A stretch of DNA of 24,875 bases. Source: Candidatus Micrarchaeota archaeon. Lineage in GTDB: Archaea; Micrarchaeota; Micrarchaeia; Anstonellales; CAYTXD01. The stretch is taken from contig CAYTXD010000001.1 in assembly GCA_964441305.1 (NCBI GenBank), forward strand, positions 1-24,875, read 5' to 3'. Position numbers and translations under genes: made by a program. The first letter of the stretch is position 1. Every line of letters starts with the position of its first letter. The notes beneath the pieces are model-generated. The model saw nothing but the letters and a program-made list of their open reading frames with translations, searched no databases and was not told where the DNA came from. Positions 16,373-24,604 of the stretch are shown here, piece after piece.

Positions 16373-16900
16373 ATGGCAGTTGCAAGCAAATCCAAGAAGT
16401 CCAAAGAGGAATCCTCCAAGAAGCGCTCATTTGTCAAATTCAAGGAAAAAGTGATAAAATCTTTAGAAAAAGCGGGGTTCACAAAAGAGGAGATAGAGCG
16501 GCTTGAAAGGATTCTCGATACCGCGGACAAGAGAAATCTCATTTTCATACAGGCACTTCTCACCTCTCTCCAGATGGCAGGCATTCCTCCCGAAGACCTT
16601 GCAAGGCTCAAAGTGCTTTTGAAGCTCGCATACAACAACATAATCAATGGCGTAAAGCCGGTGCTTGACAGGGAAATGAGTCTGGAGCTTATCAAGATAC
16701 TCTCAAGAAACGACCTCCCATACAAGGCGGCTCACCGGCTTGACCGGGACCTCCAGCTCGGTGATGACACATTGGTGACGCAATTCAACGAATCACTTGA
16801 CGAGGAGCTTGTGGAATTCAGCATCGGCTCCCAGACAGGGGAGGGGAAAAAGAAATCAAAGCTTTCCAAAACCATACCCAGAAAGAAGGAAACGGACTAG
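16373..16900 (+). CDS. Hypothetical all-helical protein with internal repeats and basic tails
   Basis: 175-aa ORF with ordinary coding composition, TTTATTAA box ~22 nt upstream, and internal repeats SLEKAGFTKEEIERL / SLQMAGIPPEDLARL. Confidence 0.7.
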   Translation: MAVASKSKKSKEESSKKRSFVKFKEKVIKSLEKAGFTKEEIERLERILDTADKRNLIFIQALLTSLQMAGIPPEDLARLKVLLKLAYNNIINGVKPVLDREMSLELIKILSRNDLPYKAAHRLDRDLQLGDDTLVTQFNESLDEELVEFSIGSQTGEGKKKSKLSKTIPRKKETD

Positions 16901-17289
16901 ATTTTTTTCAGATTTTCTATTTTATCTTTAAGAGCGCCATACAAATCCTCTGTTTTCCGGTCCCTTGACATCCTCAGGGTCCCCCCGAAGCTTCCGTGCG
17001 TGCATGAGAAATACGGCGTTTTCTTGTCTTTATCATTCGTGTATGAAATTCTAATGTGGTTTTTTCCAAAAATGCGGTTGTAATCGCTCTTCTCAATACT
17101 TTTCATCTCCATTTCCTTTATTTTTTTCACTGGAATGGAATCCATCTCTCCATCGCACGCGATAATCAGTTTCTTTTGAGTAAGGATAAGAATTCCATAC
17201 GGCGGCTCCCACTCTCTGGTTTTTTTCATAATCTGTATCTCCTCTTTAAGCAGAACCCTCTCTCCCTTCCTCACTCCTTTGATTTTCAT
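16897..17289 (-). CDS. Hypothetical protein, probable PH-domain-like fold
   Basis: GILILTQKKLII...SIPVKKIKEM...IRISY followed by a terminal helix (TEDLYGALKDKIENL), a pattern typical of bacterial/GRAM-like PH domains. Start is 17289 or 17304. Confidence 0.55.
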   Translation of the reverse strand: MKIKGVRKGERVLLKEEIQIMKKTREWEPPYGILILTQKKLIIACDGEMDSIPVKKIKEMEMKSIEKSDYNRIFGKNHIRISYTNDKDKKTPYFSCTHGSFGGTLRMSRDRKTEDLYGALKDKIENLKKI

Positions 17290-17308
17290 GCGTGTATATC
17301 TCATTAAC

Positions 17309-17316
17309 TTTTAAAA
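17309..17316. promoter_or_regulatory. Palindromic TATA box TTTTAAAA, probably shared by two divergent leaderless genes
   Basis: Lies 20 nt from the ATG at 17289 (-) and 23 nt from the GTG at 17339 (+). Confidence 0.45.
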
Positions 17317-17338
17317 TACATTCTTCATTACCATTTTT

Positions 17339-18013
17339 GTGAAAATCGATTTGCACGTGCACTCCATTCATTCCAGGGACGGGCTTCACTCAGTTCACCA
17401 GATGGCCGATTATGCGAAGAAAAAGGGGCTTGGCGGGATTGCAGTATGCGAGCACGACCGGCTGATTGGCGACCAAGGCGTTGATGACTTTTTCGTTCTT
17501 TACGGGGAGGAGGTTTCCACAAAACAGGGCCACTTGTGCGTATTCGGTGCCGGGAGGGAATTCAAGAGGGGCTCCGACGCATTCGAGGTATGCGAGCTGG
17601 CAAAAGAGGAGGACGCGTTGATAATAGCTCCCCATCCCTTTTCCCCAAGAAAAAGCGCATTGCGGGGTGTTGCGCTTAAGCTTGATGTTGATGCGCTTGA
17701 GCGGTTCAACGGGTTTGATGTGATTAGTAACCTGGTTACAATAGACCGCGAGATAAAAGGAACCGGCGGAAGCGATGCACATTCGATGTATGAAGTGGGC
17801 AACGCTTTTACGGTAATTGACTGCGAGCCATCAGAGGATGAGCTTTTTTCTGCAGTGAAAAAGGGAAAATACCACGCAATATGGAGCAGCAGCTTCCTGT
17901 CAATAGCAAAAAGGTATGCAGGCAGGGTGGAGAAGCTGCTGGACCAGATTGAAGTCGAATATGATTTCAAAAGGCACAGCATTCCCCGCCTTTTGGAGCA
18001 GGAGCTGCAGTAG
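17339..18013 (+). CDS. PHP domain phosphoesterase
   Basis: DLHVHS..S.DG, EHD, GEEVST..GH, APHP, ERFNG and GGSDAH; GTG start. Confidence 0.92.
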   Translation: MKIDLHVHSIHSRDGLHSVHQMADYAKKKGLGGIAVCEHDRLIGDQGVDDFFVLYGEEVSTKQGHLCVFGAGREFKRGSDAFEVCELAKEEDALIIAPHPFSPRKSALRGVALKLDVDALERFNGFDVISNLVTIDREIKGTGGSDAHSMYEVGNAFTVIDCEPSEDELFSAVKKGKYHAIWSSSFLSIAKRYAGRVEKLLDQIEVEYDFKRHSIPRLLEQELQ

Positions 18014-18044
18014 CTTTTAAGTTTATTCCCTTCTTTACAAATCC

Positions 18045-18431
18045 ATGGAATTCTCAGTTTCAACGCAGGAGCAATTGCAGATAATAGATATTACCGGAAA
18101 GGTAATTGAGCTTGCGGAAGGAAAAGTCGAGGAAGGAATGTGCCTTGTGTATGTTCCCCATGCAACCGCCTCACTTATCATAAACGAGCACGAGCCCAAC
18201 CTTGAGCAGGATTTCCTTCGCCTTTTCCGCGAGCTTGTTCCCAAGAGCGACTACAGGCACAATCAGATAGATGATAATGCAGAGGCGCACCTGAAATCCG
18301 GGCTCTTTTCTCCCTGTGTGACAATTCCCATTTCCGGTGGAAGCCTGGTGATGGGAACATGGCAGAGGATTATGCTGTGCGAGTTTGACGGCCCCCGCTC
18401 AAAGCGAAGGGTAGTGGTGAGTGTAAAATGA
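18045..18431 (+). CDS. yjbQ: YjbQ / UPF0047 (secondary thiamine-phosphate synthase) family protein
   Basis: VPHATASLIINE, YRHN..DDNAEAHLKS and GTWQRIMLCEFDGPR. Confidence 0.95.
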   Translation: MEFSVSTQEQLQIIDITGKVIELAEGKVEEGMCLVYVPHATASLIINEHEPNLEQDFLRLFRELVPKSDYRHNQIDDNAEAHLKSGLFSPCVTIPISGGSLVMGTWQRIMLCEFDGPRSKRRVVVSVK

Positions 18432-19162
18432 AACCCGTGGCTTCCGCAAAAGTGCTGGCAAACCCCAAGAAGAAGCAGGCCAAACAGCTTAAGAAAGAAG
18501 TGCTTAAATTCCTGAAAGATCAGGGAATAAAGACAAGGGCAAAAGAGCCAGACATTGCAATAATGATTAGTGGGGACGGGACAATACTCTACAACAAGCA
18601 GAAGCACAATGCACCGATATTCGGGATCGGCTCATACACCAGCTTCATCTGCCAGTCCACCAACCTAAACTGGAAAACCAAGCTTTCAAAGGTTCTTAAG
18701 GGAAGATACGAAATCCAGGAACGTTCCATGCTTGAGTGCATGCTGAACGGAAAGAAGCTCCCTCCCGCCCTAAATGAATACTGCATCAAAACGACCGGAG
18801 CAAGAGTCATTAGATTCACCCTCTCATTTGAAAAATCGATAGACAAAAGGAAAATCGATTTCAAGGCGGACGGCGTCATATTCTCCACTCCCACCGGCTC
18901 CACCGCTTATGCCTATTCATGCGGAGGAAAGGAACTTGAGCCAAATTCGGAAAAATACGAAATAGTTGCAATTGCGCCCTTCAGAAGGAATTTCGATCCA
19001 ATGGTGCTCGATGACAGGGTAGTTTCCAATCTCTCCATTGAAACTGACCAGAAGATGAGCGCGATAGTTGACGGCCAGTCCTCATTTCCTCTCAAGAAGG
19101 GAAAAAATTCCGCCAAGATATTCAAGAGCGAGGATACGGTTTCAGTTATCTCAATCAAATAG
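18428..19162 (+). CDS. nadK: NAD(+) kinase
   Basis: SGDGTIL (GGDG variant), ALNE and ADGVIFSTPTGSTAYAYSCGG; ATGA overlap with yjbQ. Confidence 0.92.
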   Translation: MKPVASAKVLANPKKKQAKQLKKEVLKFLKDQGIKTRAKEPDIAIMISGDGTILYNKQKHNAPIFGIGSYTSFICQSTNLNWKTKLSKVLKGRYEIQERSMLECMLNGKKLPPALNEYCIKTTGARVIRFTLSFEKSIDKRKIDFKADGVIFSTPTGSTAYAYSCGGKELEPNSEKYEIVAIAPFRRNFDPMVLDDRVVSNLSIETDQKMSAIVDGQSSFPLKKGKNSAKIFKSEDTVSVISIK

Positions 19163-19942
19163 CTATCCCATGATTTTTATTTTTCCGGAGGGAAGAAGCG
19201 AGAGGACCTCGTCGATATCCGCGTCAAGCTTTTTTGCAATTTCTCTTGCCGCCCTGCCCTTTTCCTCCCCTCCAGGGGCAAGCCCAATCTCTTTTTCCAT
19301 CCCCCTCCTGCAATCTATGGGAAGCACTTTAACCTTCTCCCCTTCCATGCCAACCTTAACCCCAAGTGGCGTTCCTCGGAACCATTCCCTCGCCCCTTTT
19401 ATTGCAAACCCCCCTTTGCCTATAAACCTCCCTTGCGCATGTTTGCCCAGCTGCCCCTTTTTTACTGCATAAACATCCACACCCGCACTCCCTATTTTCC
19501 ATGCGGATGAGAAGCTTGCCGCAAACTGTGCGGTTTCTTTTTTCTCCTGCTCTTCGGCCTCCTTCCCACCCTTCAAAATAGTTGCAGGCGCGCCCTGTAT
19601 ATCTGCATGAAACCACAAATCATTTTCCTCAAGATACTTTGAAGTGACAATATCATTCTGCTTTGCATCCCTTCCAGCAATAACCAGCTTTCCCCCGCTC
19701 GTGTAAAACCAGTGGTAGCTTTCATACCATTCCTTCTTCTTTCTCACTTTCACTTTCGCCTTCTTACCCTCAACTTCCTTTTTCTCCTTCTCTTTATTTG
19801 CCTGCTCCAGCTCCTTCCTGCTTTCCCTTATCGCTTTCTCAACTCCCTCCAGTTTCTTTCTCATTTTCTTGGATTTTTCATAATATTCTGACGCATTCTC
19901 ATTAACGCTTTTGGTGAAATCTATCTCAAATCTCATGCTCAT
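19163..19942 (-). CDS. Short NFACT/RqcH-related protein (coiled coil + NFACT-R/DUF814 domain)
   Basis: IDFTKSVNENASEYYEKSKK coiled coil, WYESYHWF.TSGGKLVIAGRDAKQND, WFHADIQGAP, A.FAASFSSAWK and G.FIGKGGFAIKGAREW; SD GAGGTGA. Confidence 0.88.
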   Translation of the reverse strand: MSMRFEIDFTKSVNENASEYYEKSKKMRKKLEGVEKAIRESRKELEQANKEKEKKEVEGKKAKVKVRKKKEWYESYHWFYTSGGKLVIAGRDAKQNDIVTSKYLEENDLWFHADIQGAPATILKGGKEAEEQEKKETAQFAASFSSAWKIGSAGVDVYAVKKGQLGKHAQGRFIGKGGFAIKGAREWFRGTPLGVKVGMEGEKVKVLPIDCRRGMEKEIGLAPGGEEKGRAAREIAKKLDADIDEVLSLLPSGKIKIMG

Positions 19943-19992
19943 AATTTCACCTCAAGGTTTATATTAATAAACAACTTATTTTCAATGATTAT

Positions 19993-20511
19993 ATGGATTC
20001 CGACAAAGACGAGGGAGGCGCAGGAAACGAATCTCTGACATCAAAGGCACATTCAAAGCTTGGGGATGCGCTGAATGATACAAAAGGGATGCGCAAAAAA
20101 CCCCAAAAGCAGGCACTGAAGCATTTTCTTTACTCTCTGCCCGCGCTTTTCATTGGCGGTTTGGTTGGAGGAACTGTTGCAGGCGCATTCATCTCCGTAC
20201 CCTATCTTGAAATGCTCTGCTTCGTGTGGATGTTCATAGGAGGTACAATATCCGCATATGCGGCAAAGGCGCTGAACAATGGCGAGATGGGAATCTTTTA
20301 TGGGGCTGCAGCAGGCATTTTCTCTTCCCTTACTGCGGCATTTGTTGTCCTATTCTTTGGAGGAACAATTAGCTTAATACTCTCCGTAATAGGGCCCACG
20401 CTGCCCCTTTCCTCAATTGACGAAAGAACAATAATCATTATTATTAAGTTGATTGTGCTAATGCCAATCGGTCCGCTTTCCGGAGCGCTGGCAGGCGCAT
20501 TTCTTAAGTAG
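19993..20511 (+). CDS. Small Gly-rich membrane protein (about 4 TM helices), function unknown
   Basis: Hydrophobic helices with GGxxGG / GAxAG motifs; TATA-like TTTATATT upstream; the stop overlaps the pheT SD. Confidence 0.65.
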   Translation: MDSDKDEGGAGNESLTSKAHSKLGDALNDTKGMRKKPQKQALKHFLYSLPALFIGGLVGGTVAGAFISVPYLEMLCFVWMFIGGTISAYAAKALNNGEMGIFYGAAAGIFSSLTAAFVVLFFGGTISLILSVIGPTLPLSSIDERTIIIIIKLIVLMPIGPLSGALAGAFLK

Positions 20512-20520
20512 GTGATATCA

Positions 20521-22077
20521 ATGGCAGTGATAACTGTTTCATATTCGGACCTGAAATCATTCGTTGACCTTTCCATGGAAGACGTTGAAAAAAACCTCAC
20601 GCTAATCGGAATACCTGTGGAAGGCATTGAAGGGGACGATATTTCCCTTGAAATAACTCCGGACAGGCCCGATTTCCTCTCTGTCGAGGGAATAGCAAGA
20701 GCGCTATACTCGTTCACCACCGGCAAAGCGAGGGAGTATTTTGCAGCTGGCTCTGACTACAGGATAGATGTTGACCCCTCCGTAAAGGATGCCAGGCCAT
20801 ACATAGGCGCGGCAGTTGTGAAAAGCGTTTCCATGGACGAAAAAATTCTCGATTCATTGATTCAGGTGCAGGAAAAACTCCATGACACGCTGGGAAGAAA
20901 GAGAAAGAAAGTGGCAATAGGCATCCACAACCTTGCGCCAATCTCATTTCCTCTTAAGTACCAAGCAGTGGGCGGGGAGTCCTATTCGTTTGTACCGCTT
21001 GAGAAATCGGAAAAAATGACGATGCATGAAATACTGCAGAGGCATGAAAAAGGGCAGGAATACAGCCACCTTGTGAATGGGAAATTCCCGCTTATTACTG
21101 ATTCAAGCGGGGAATGCGTTTCATTCCCACCAATAATAAATGCAGACAGAACAAAACTTGATGAAAGCACCAATGGCCTGCTTATCGAGGTTACAGGAAC
21201 TTCGAAAGAATCGGTGGAAAGCGCAGTCAATATACTTTCATGCGCCCTTGCGGACAGGGGAGGGCAGCTGTTTTCTGTTGAAATAAACGGGAAAATGCAC
21301 CCAAATCTCAAGATGGAGGAAAGGACTATACCTTTCAAGCAGGCCCTCAAGCTTCTTGACACATTCATCTCCAAAAAGCAGATGGGAGAAATGCTCGCAA
21401 AGATGGGATACAAGGTTGACGGGGAAAAAATATATGTCCCCCCTTACCGCACGGACGTGCTACATGACGTTGATGTTATTGAAGATATTGCGATTGCTTA
21501 CGACTACAATAAATTCGAGCCCTCCCTTCCAGATTTCTTCACCCCTGGGAAAAGAAATGACAGCAATTCCCTGCATTCCGCACTCACCGGGCTCGCGTTC
21601 AACGAGGTTGTCACCTGGACCCTAACCAATCCTTCACTTATGGAAAGGTGCCTTCTCCCCCCCAAGCTTGTTGAAATAGCTAACCCCAGGACTTCGGATT
21701 TCACCCATGTCCGCTCCACCCTTCTCCCAAACCTGCTGGCAATTTTCTCCCAAAGCAAGGACCAGAAGCTCCCCCAGAAGATTTACGAGCTCGGCGTCTG
21801 CGCGGAGCCCCAGCTAAAGAACCATTTAGGTTCTGCAGTAATGGATTCGGCAGTTTCTTTTTCGGACATGAAATCATATCTTGACTCCATTATGGGGGAA
21901 ATGTCAATTGAATATGAAATAGACGAGGGGCAGCACCCTGTTTTCCTTAAGGGCAGGTGCGCAAAAATTTCCGTTGGAGGAAAAAAGAAAGGTTATTTGG
22001 GGGAAGTTCACCCTCAGGTGCTCAACAATTTGGGAATCGAGCAGCCGGTGTGCGCATTCGAGATTGAGATGGAATGA
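20521..22077 (+). CDS. pheT: Phenylalanine--tRNA ligase beta subunit (archaeal type)
   Basis: EITPDRPDFLSVEGIARAL, RPYIGAAVV, QEKLHDTLGRKRKKVAIGIHNL, SFPPIINA, PPYRTDVLHDVDVIEDIAIAYDY and GYLGEVHPQVL; SD GGTGA before the ATG at 20521. Confidence 0.97.
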   Translation: MAVITVSYSDLKSFVDLSMEDVEKNLTLIGIPVEGIEGDDISLEITPDRPDFLSVEGIARALYSFTTGKAREYFAAGSDYRIDVDPSVKDARPYIGAAVVKSVSMDEKILDSLIQVQEKLHDTLGRKRKKVAIGIHNLAPISFPLKYQAVGGESYSFVPLEKSEKMTMHEILQRHEKGQEYSHLVNGKFPLITDSSGECVSFPPIINADRTKLDESTNGLLIEVTGTSKESVESAVNILSCALADRGGQLFSVEINGKMHPNLKMEERTIPFKQALKLLDTFISKKQMGEMLAKMGYKVDGEKIYVPPYRTDVLHDVDVIEDIAIAYDYNKFEPSLPDFFTPGKRNDSNSLHSALTGLAFNEVVTWTLTNPSLMERCLLPPKLVEIANPRTSDFTHVRSTLLPNLLAIFSQSKDQKLPQKIYELGVCAEPQLKNHLGSAVMDSAVSFSDMKSYLDSIMGEMSIEYEIDEGQHPVFLKGRCAKISVGGKKKGYLGEVHPQVLNNLGIEQPVCAFEIEME

Positions 22078-22081
22078 TTTC

Positions 22082-22612
22082 ATGCATTCTAACTGCGATT
22101 TTCAGAGGCAGGAACTATTCGGTTCGTATTCGTTGATTGAGAAGGCAAGTTCCGAGCTTTCCCGCCTCTCTGTCCGCGGCTCAATTGAAGGGCAGGAGCA
22201 TAAGTTTGAACAAGCAGTTCTTTCAGCCTCAAGCTCTGTTTCAAAACCGGCGATACTTGACCTTACCCATGTTGATTATGTGAGCAATTCTGCGCTTTGG
22301 CACCTAACAAGAATAAATTCAAAATTCGATGAGAAAGGAACCAAACTTGTTTTTCTTATTTCCCCAAAAAATGAGGCGATGAAAAGATGGGCCGGTTTAA
22401 ATTGGCAGTGTGGCGAATTCACATTTGCGGAGAGCATTGGGGAAGCAGTTTCACTATGCCAAAGAGATACTCCTGAAACCGAAAAAAAAGCAGTTTTGCC
22501 TGCAGGGCGTAATCTGCCCACCCAAAAGGGATTTTTCCAAAGAGACAAGAGGGCCCCAAACAAAAAAGGTGCATTCAGGGACAAGAAGGTTGTCCTGCTC
22601 AAGATGCAATAA
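22082..22612 (+). CDS. STAS (anti-sigma-factor antagonist-like) domain protein with a basic C-terminal tail
   Basis: LSVRGSIEG...AILDLTHVDYVSNSALWHL...GTKLVF...FAESIGEAV matches the STAS strand/helix pattern; ATG 4 nt after the pheT stop. Confidence 0.7.
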   Translation: MHSNCDFQRQELFGSYSLIEKASSELSRLSVRGSIEGQEHKFEQAVLSASSSVSKPAILDLTHVDYVSNSALWHLTRINSKFDEKGTKLVFLISPKNEAMKRWAGLNWQCGEFTFAESIGEAVSLCQRDTPETEKKAVLPAGRNLPTQKGFFQRDKRAPNKKGAFRDKKVVLLKMQ

Positions 22613-24176
22613 TGCCATCAACTATTTCGGGTGCGTTGAACTCTTTCAAATCGCTGTATGCCTGCCCCACTCCAATATAAAGTATCGGCACGTCCGCGGT
22701 TTTGCTTATTGAAAAAGCAGTGCCTCCCTTTGCATCACAGTCCAGCTTTGTAAGTATAACTCCATCCACCCCAATTTCCTCATTGAACCTCTTCACCTGG
22801 TCCACAACCGCATTTCCGCCTAAGCTTTCCCCCACATAAATGCTCATATCCGGGTTCACCACTCTCTTTATTTTCCGTAGCTCATCAATCAAATTCCTGT
22901 TCGTTTCCTGCCTTCCCGCGCTGTCTATAAGGACCGCATCAACATTGTTCGCTTTTGCGAAATTCACTGCATCAAATGCAACAGACGCAGGGTCTGCACC
23001 ATACTTGCTCTTGATAGCTCTGATACCAAGCCTTTTCGCATGCTCCTCGGTTTGCTCTATTGCCGCAGCCCTGAAAGTGTCAGATGCGGAAAAAACCGCA
23101 GTCATCCCATTCTTCATAAGCAAATCCGCAACCTTTGCAATAGTTGTTGTCTTCCCTGCGCCGTTCGGTCCAAGAAAAAGTATTTTCACCGGCTTTTCCA
23201 TTGACTTCACCTTGTTAACAAAATCGAACTGGCTTTCATTCTGCAAAACTTCAATCAGCACTTCCCTTATCGCTCCCTTAATCTCCTCATCGAGCTCCTT
23301 TTTCTTCACCTTCTTTCCAACAAGCCGCTCCCTCATACCATCAACGATCGCAAGAGCAACTTCGTATGCGACATCGCTTTCCAAGAGCGAAAGCTCCAGC
23401 TCGTCCATCAGCCCCCCCACATCCTTCTCCTTAATTTCAACTTCCCCGGAAATAAACGACTTTACGGTGCTTTCAATGCTCAACTTTACTTTCTTTTTTT
23501 CCGGCTCCTTTTTGGCAGGCTTTTTCTTTTTGGGAAGGATGCCTGAAATCCGCTTGGACCAGCTTTCCTTCTCCTGCCCAACCTCCCCCAAGGATTTTTC
23601 TCTCTCTACTTTCTCCTCAACATCCTGCCCCTTTTCCTCAACAATTAACTCCCTCTTTTTTTCTTTTGCCCTTTCAACTTTTTCAGGCATAACTTCAATT
23701 TCTTCTTTTCCTTCTTCCCTTTTCTTTGCTGCAGGCGGCTTTGGCCCTTTATCCTTCTTGATTTCTCCTACAGCAGGAACCTCAACTTCCTCTTTCGGCC
23801 CTTCTGTTTCTTTTTGAATTGGCTCTTCAACAGGCGGCTCTTTCTCTTTCTGCTCAATTGCTTCGATCTCTATTTCCTCTGCTTCTTCCGTTTCCCCTGG
23901 GCCTGGCCTCTCCCAAACTTCTTCTTTTTCCTCTACAGTTTCACTCTTCACCTTATCTGCAGGAACCTTTTCTTCCAATTCAATTTCCTTCTCAACACCG
24001 GGCTCCTCAACTTTTTCCGCCCTCTCTTCTCTCACTTCCGCCTCTTCAACTTCTTTCGCGGATTCCTTATCAATTTCAACTTCCCTTTTCTCGATCTCCC
24101 CCTTCTCCTCTTTAGCCACTTTCTTTTTTATCCCGTCAACAAAATTGGAAAGCTTGTTTTTCAGAAGGCCGAACAT
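22599..24176 (-). CDS. ftsY: Signal recognition particle receptor FtsY with a long acidic N-terminal region
   Basis: LLESDVA, GPNGAGKTTTIAK, DTFRAAAIEQ, DSAGR, TKLDCDAKGG and GVGQ.Y.DL. Confidence 0.97.
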   Translation of the reverse strand: MFGLLKNKLSNFVDGIKKKVAKEEKGEIEKREVEIDKESAKEVEEAEVREERAEKVEEPGVEKEIELEEKVPADKVKSETVEEKEEVWERPGPGETEEAEEIEIEAIEQKEKEPPVEEPIQKETEGPKEEVEVPAVGEIKKDKGPKPPAAKKREEGKEEIEVMPEKVERAKEKKRELIVEEKGQDVEEKVEREKSLGEVGQEKESWSKRISGILPKKKKPAKKEPEKKKVKLSIESTVKSFISGEVEIKEKDVGGLMDELELSLLESDVAYEVALAIVDGMRERLVGKKVKKKELDEEIKGAIREVLIEVLQNESQFDFVNKVKSMEKPVKILFLGPNGAGKTTTIAKVADLLMKNGMTAVFSASDTFRAAAIEQTEEHAKRLGIRAIKSKYGADPASVAFDAVNFAKANNVDAVLIDSAGRQETNRNLIDELRKIKRVVNPDMSIYVGESLGGNAVVDQVKRFNEEIGVDGVILTKLDCDAKGGTAFSISKTADVPILYIGVGQAYSDLKEFNAPEIVDGIIAS

Positions 24177-24178
24177 CT

Positions 24179-24604
24179 TTACCTACCATAATGCTCCTGC
24201 GCCTTGGATTCAATTTCCTGAAGCTTCATTGTGCCCTCGCTTTTCGCCTTTTCCATCTTTTCAAGAGCATCCTTAACCGCTTTCAGCCGCAAATCCAGAA
24301 TCTCGAGAGCATCCGAAACCTTTCTTTCCGCAACAATGCCCGAGCCGACGTCAACCAGCACGTTGTCCTTTTCGGGCATTTTTACTTTGCTGTGAACCCC
24401 TCCTCCAAGGGGAAAATACATCTCCTCCTCCGTTTCACCTATTCCTCTAAGGGCATTCACAGTATTTTCAATTTCCATTGAGCTTTTCTGAAGTGCGGAA
24501 ATCTGCTGCTGAATCATCTCCAGCCTCTGCCTGTAGAACTGGGATTCGTATGCAAGCTTCTCCATCTCCTTGTCCTTATTGCTCTCTTTCTGCTGTTCGC
24601 TCAC
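24179..24604 (-). CDS. pfdA: Prefoldin alpha subunit
   Basis: Coiled coil - YFPLGGGVH...VLVDVGSGIVAE - coiled coil; GTGA overlap with the LX stop. Confidence 0.94.
   Translation of the reverse strand: MSEQQKESNKDKEMEKLAYESQFYRQRLEMIQQQISALQKSSMEIENTVNALRGIGETEEEMYFPLGGGVHSKVKMPEKDNVLVDVGSGIVAERKVSDALEILDLRLKAVKDALEKMEKAKSEGTMKLQEIESKAQEHYGR

Noticed and set aside
14400-17310. Prophage or defence island interpretation of the orphan cluster
   Set aside because: Genes alternate in orientation, each has a host-like promoter, my GC spot checks were mixed, and there are no att sites, capsid genes or Ubl/E1/E2 genes. Kept only as separate lower-level findings.
12680-18431. Apparent switches between C-rich and G-rich plus-strand segments (possible inversion or origin)
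   Set aside because: Spot counts were inconsistent within single genes and confounded by amino-acid composition. A cumulative GC3-skew calculation would be needed.
22840-23817. 325-aa plus-strand ORF, plus the 125-aa and 98-aa ORFs at 23814-24191
   Set aside because: Antisense shadows of ftsY. The Ser/Phe/Leu-rich content simply mirrors Glu/Lys codons on the coding strand.
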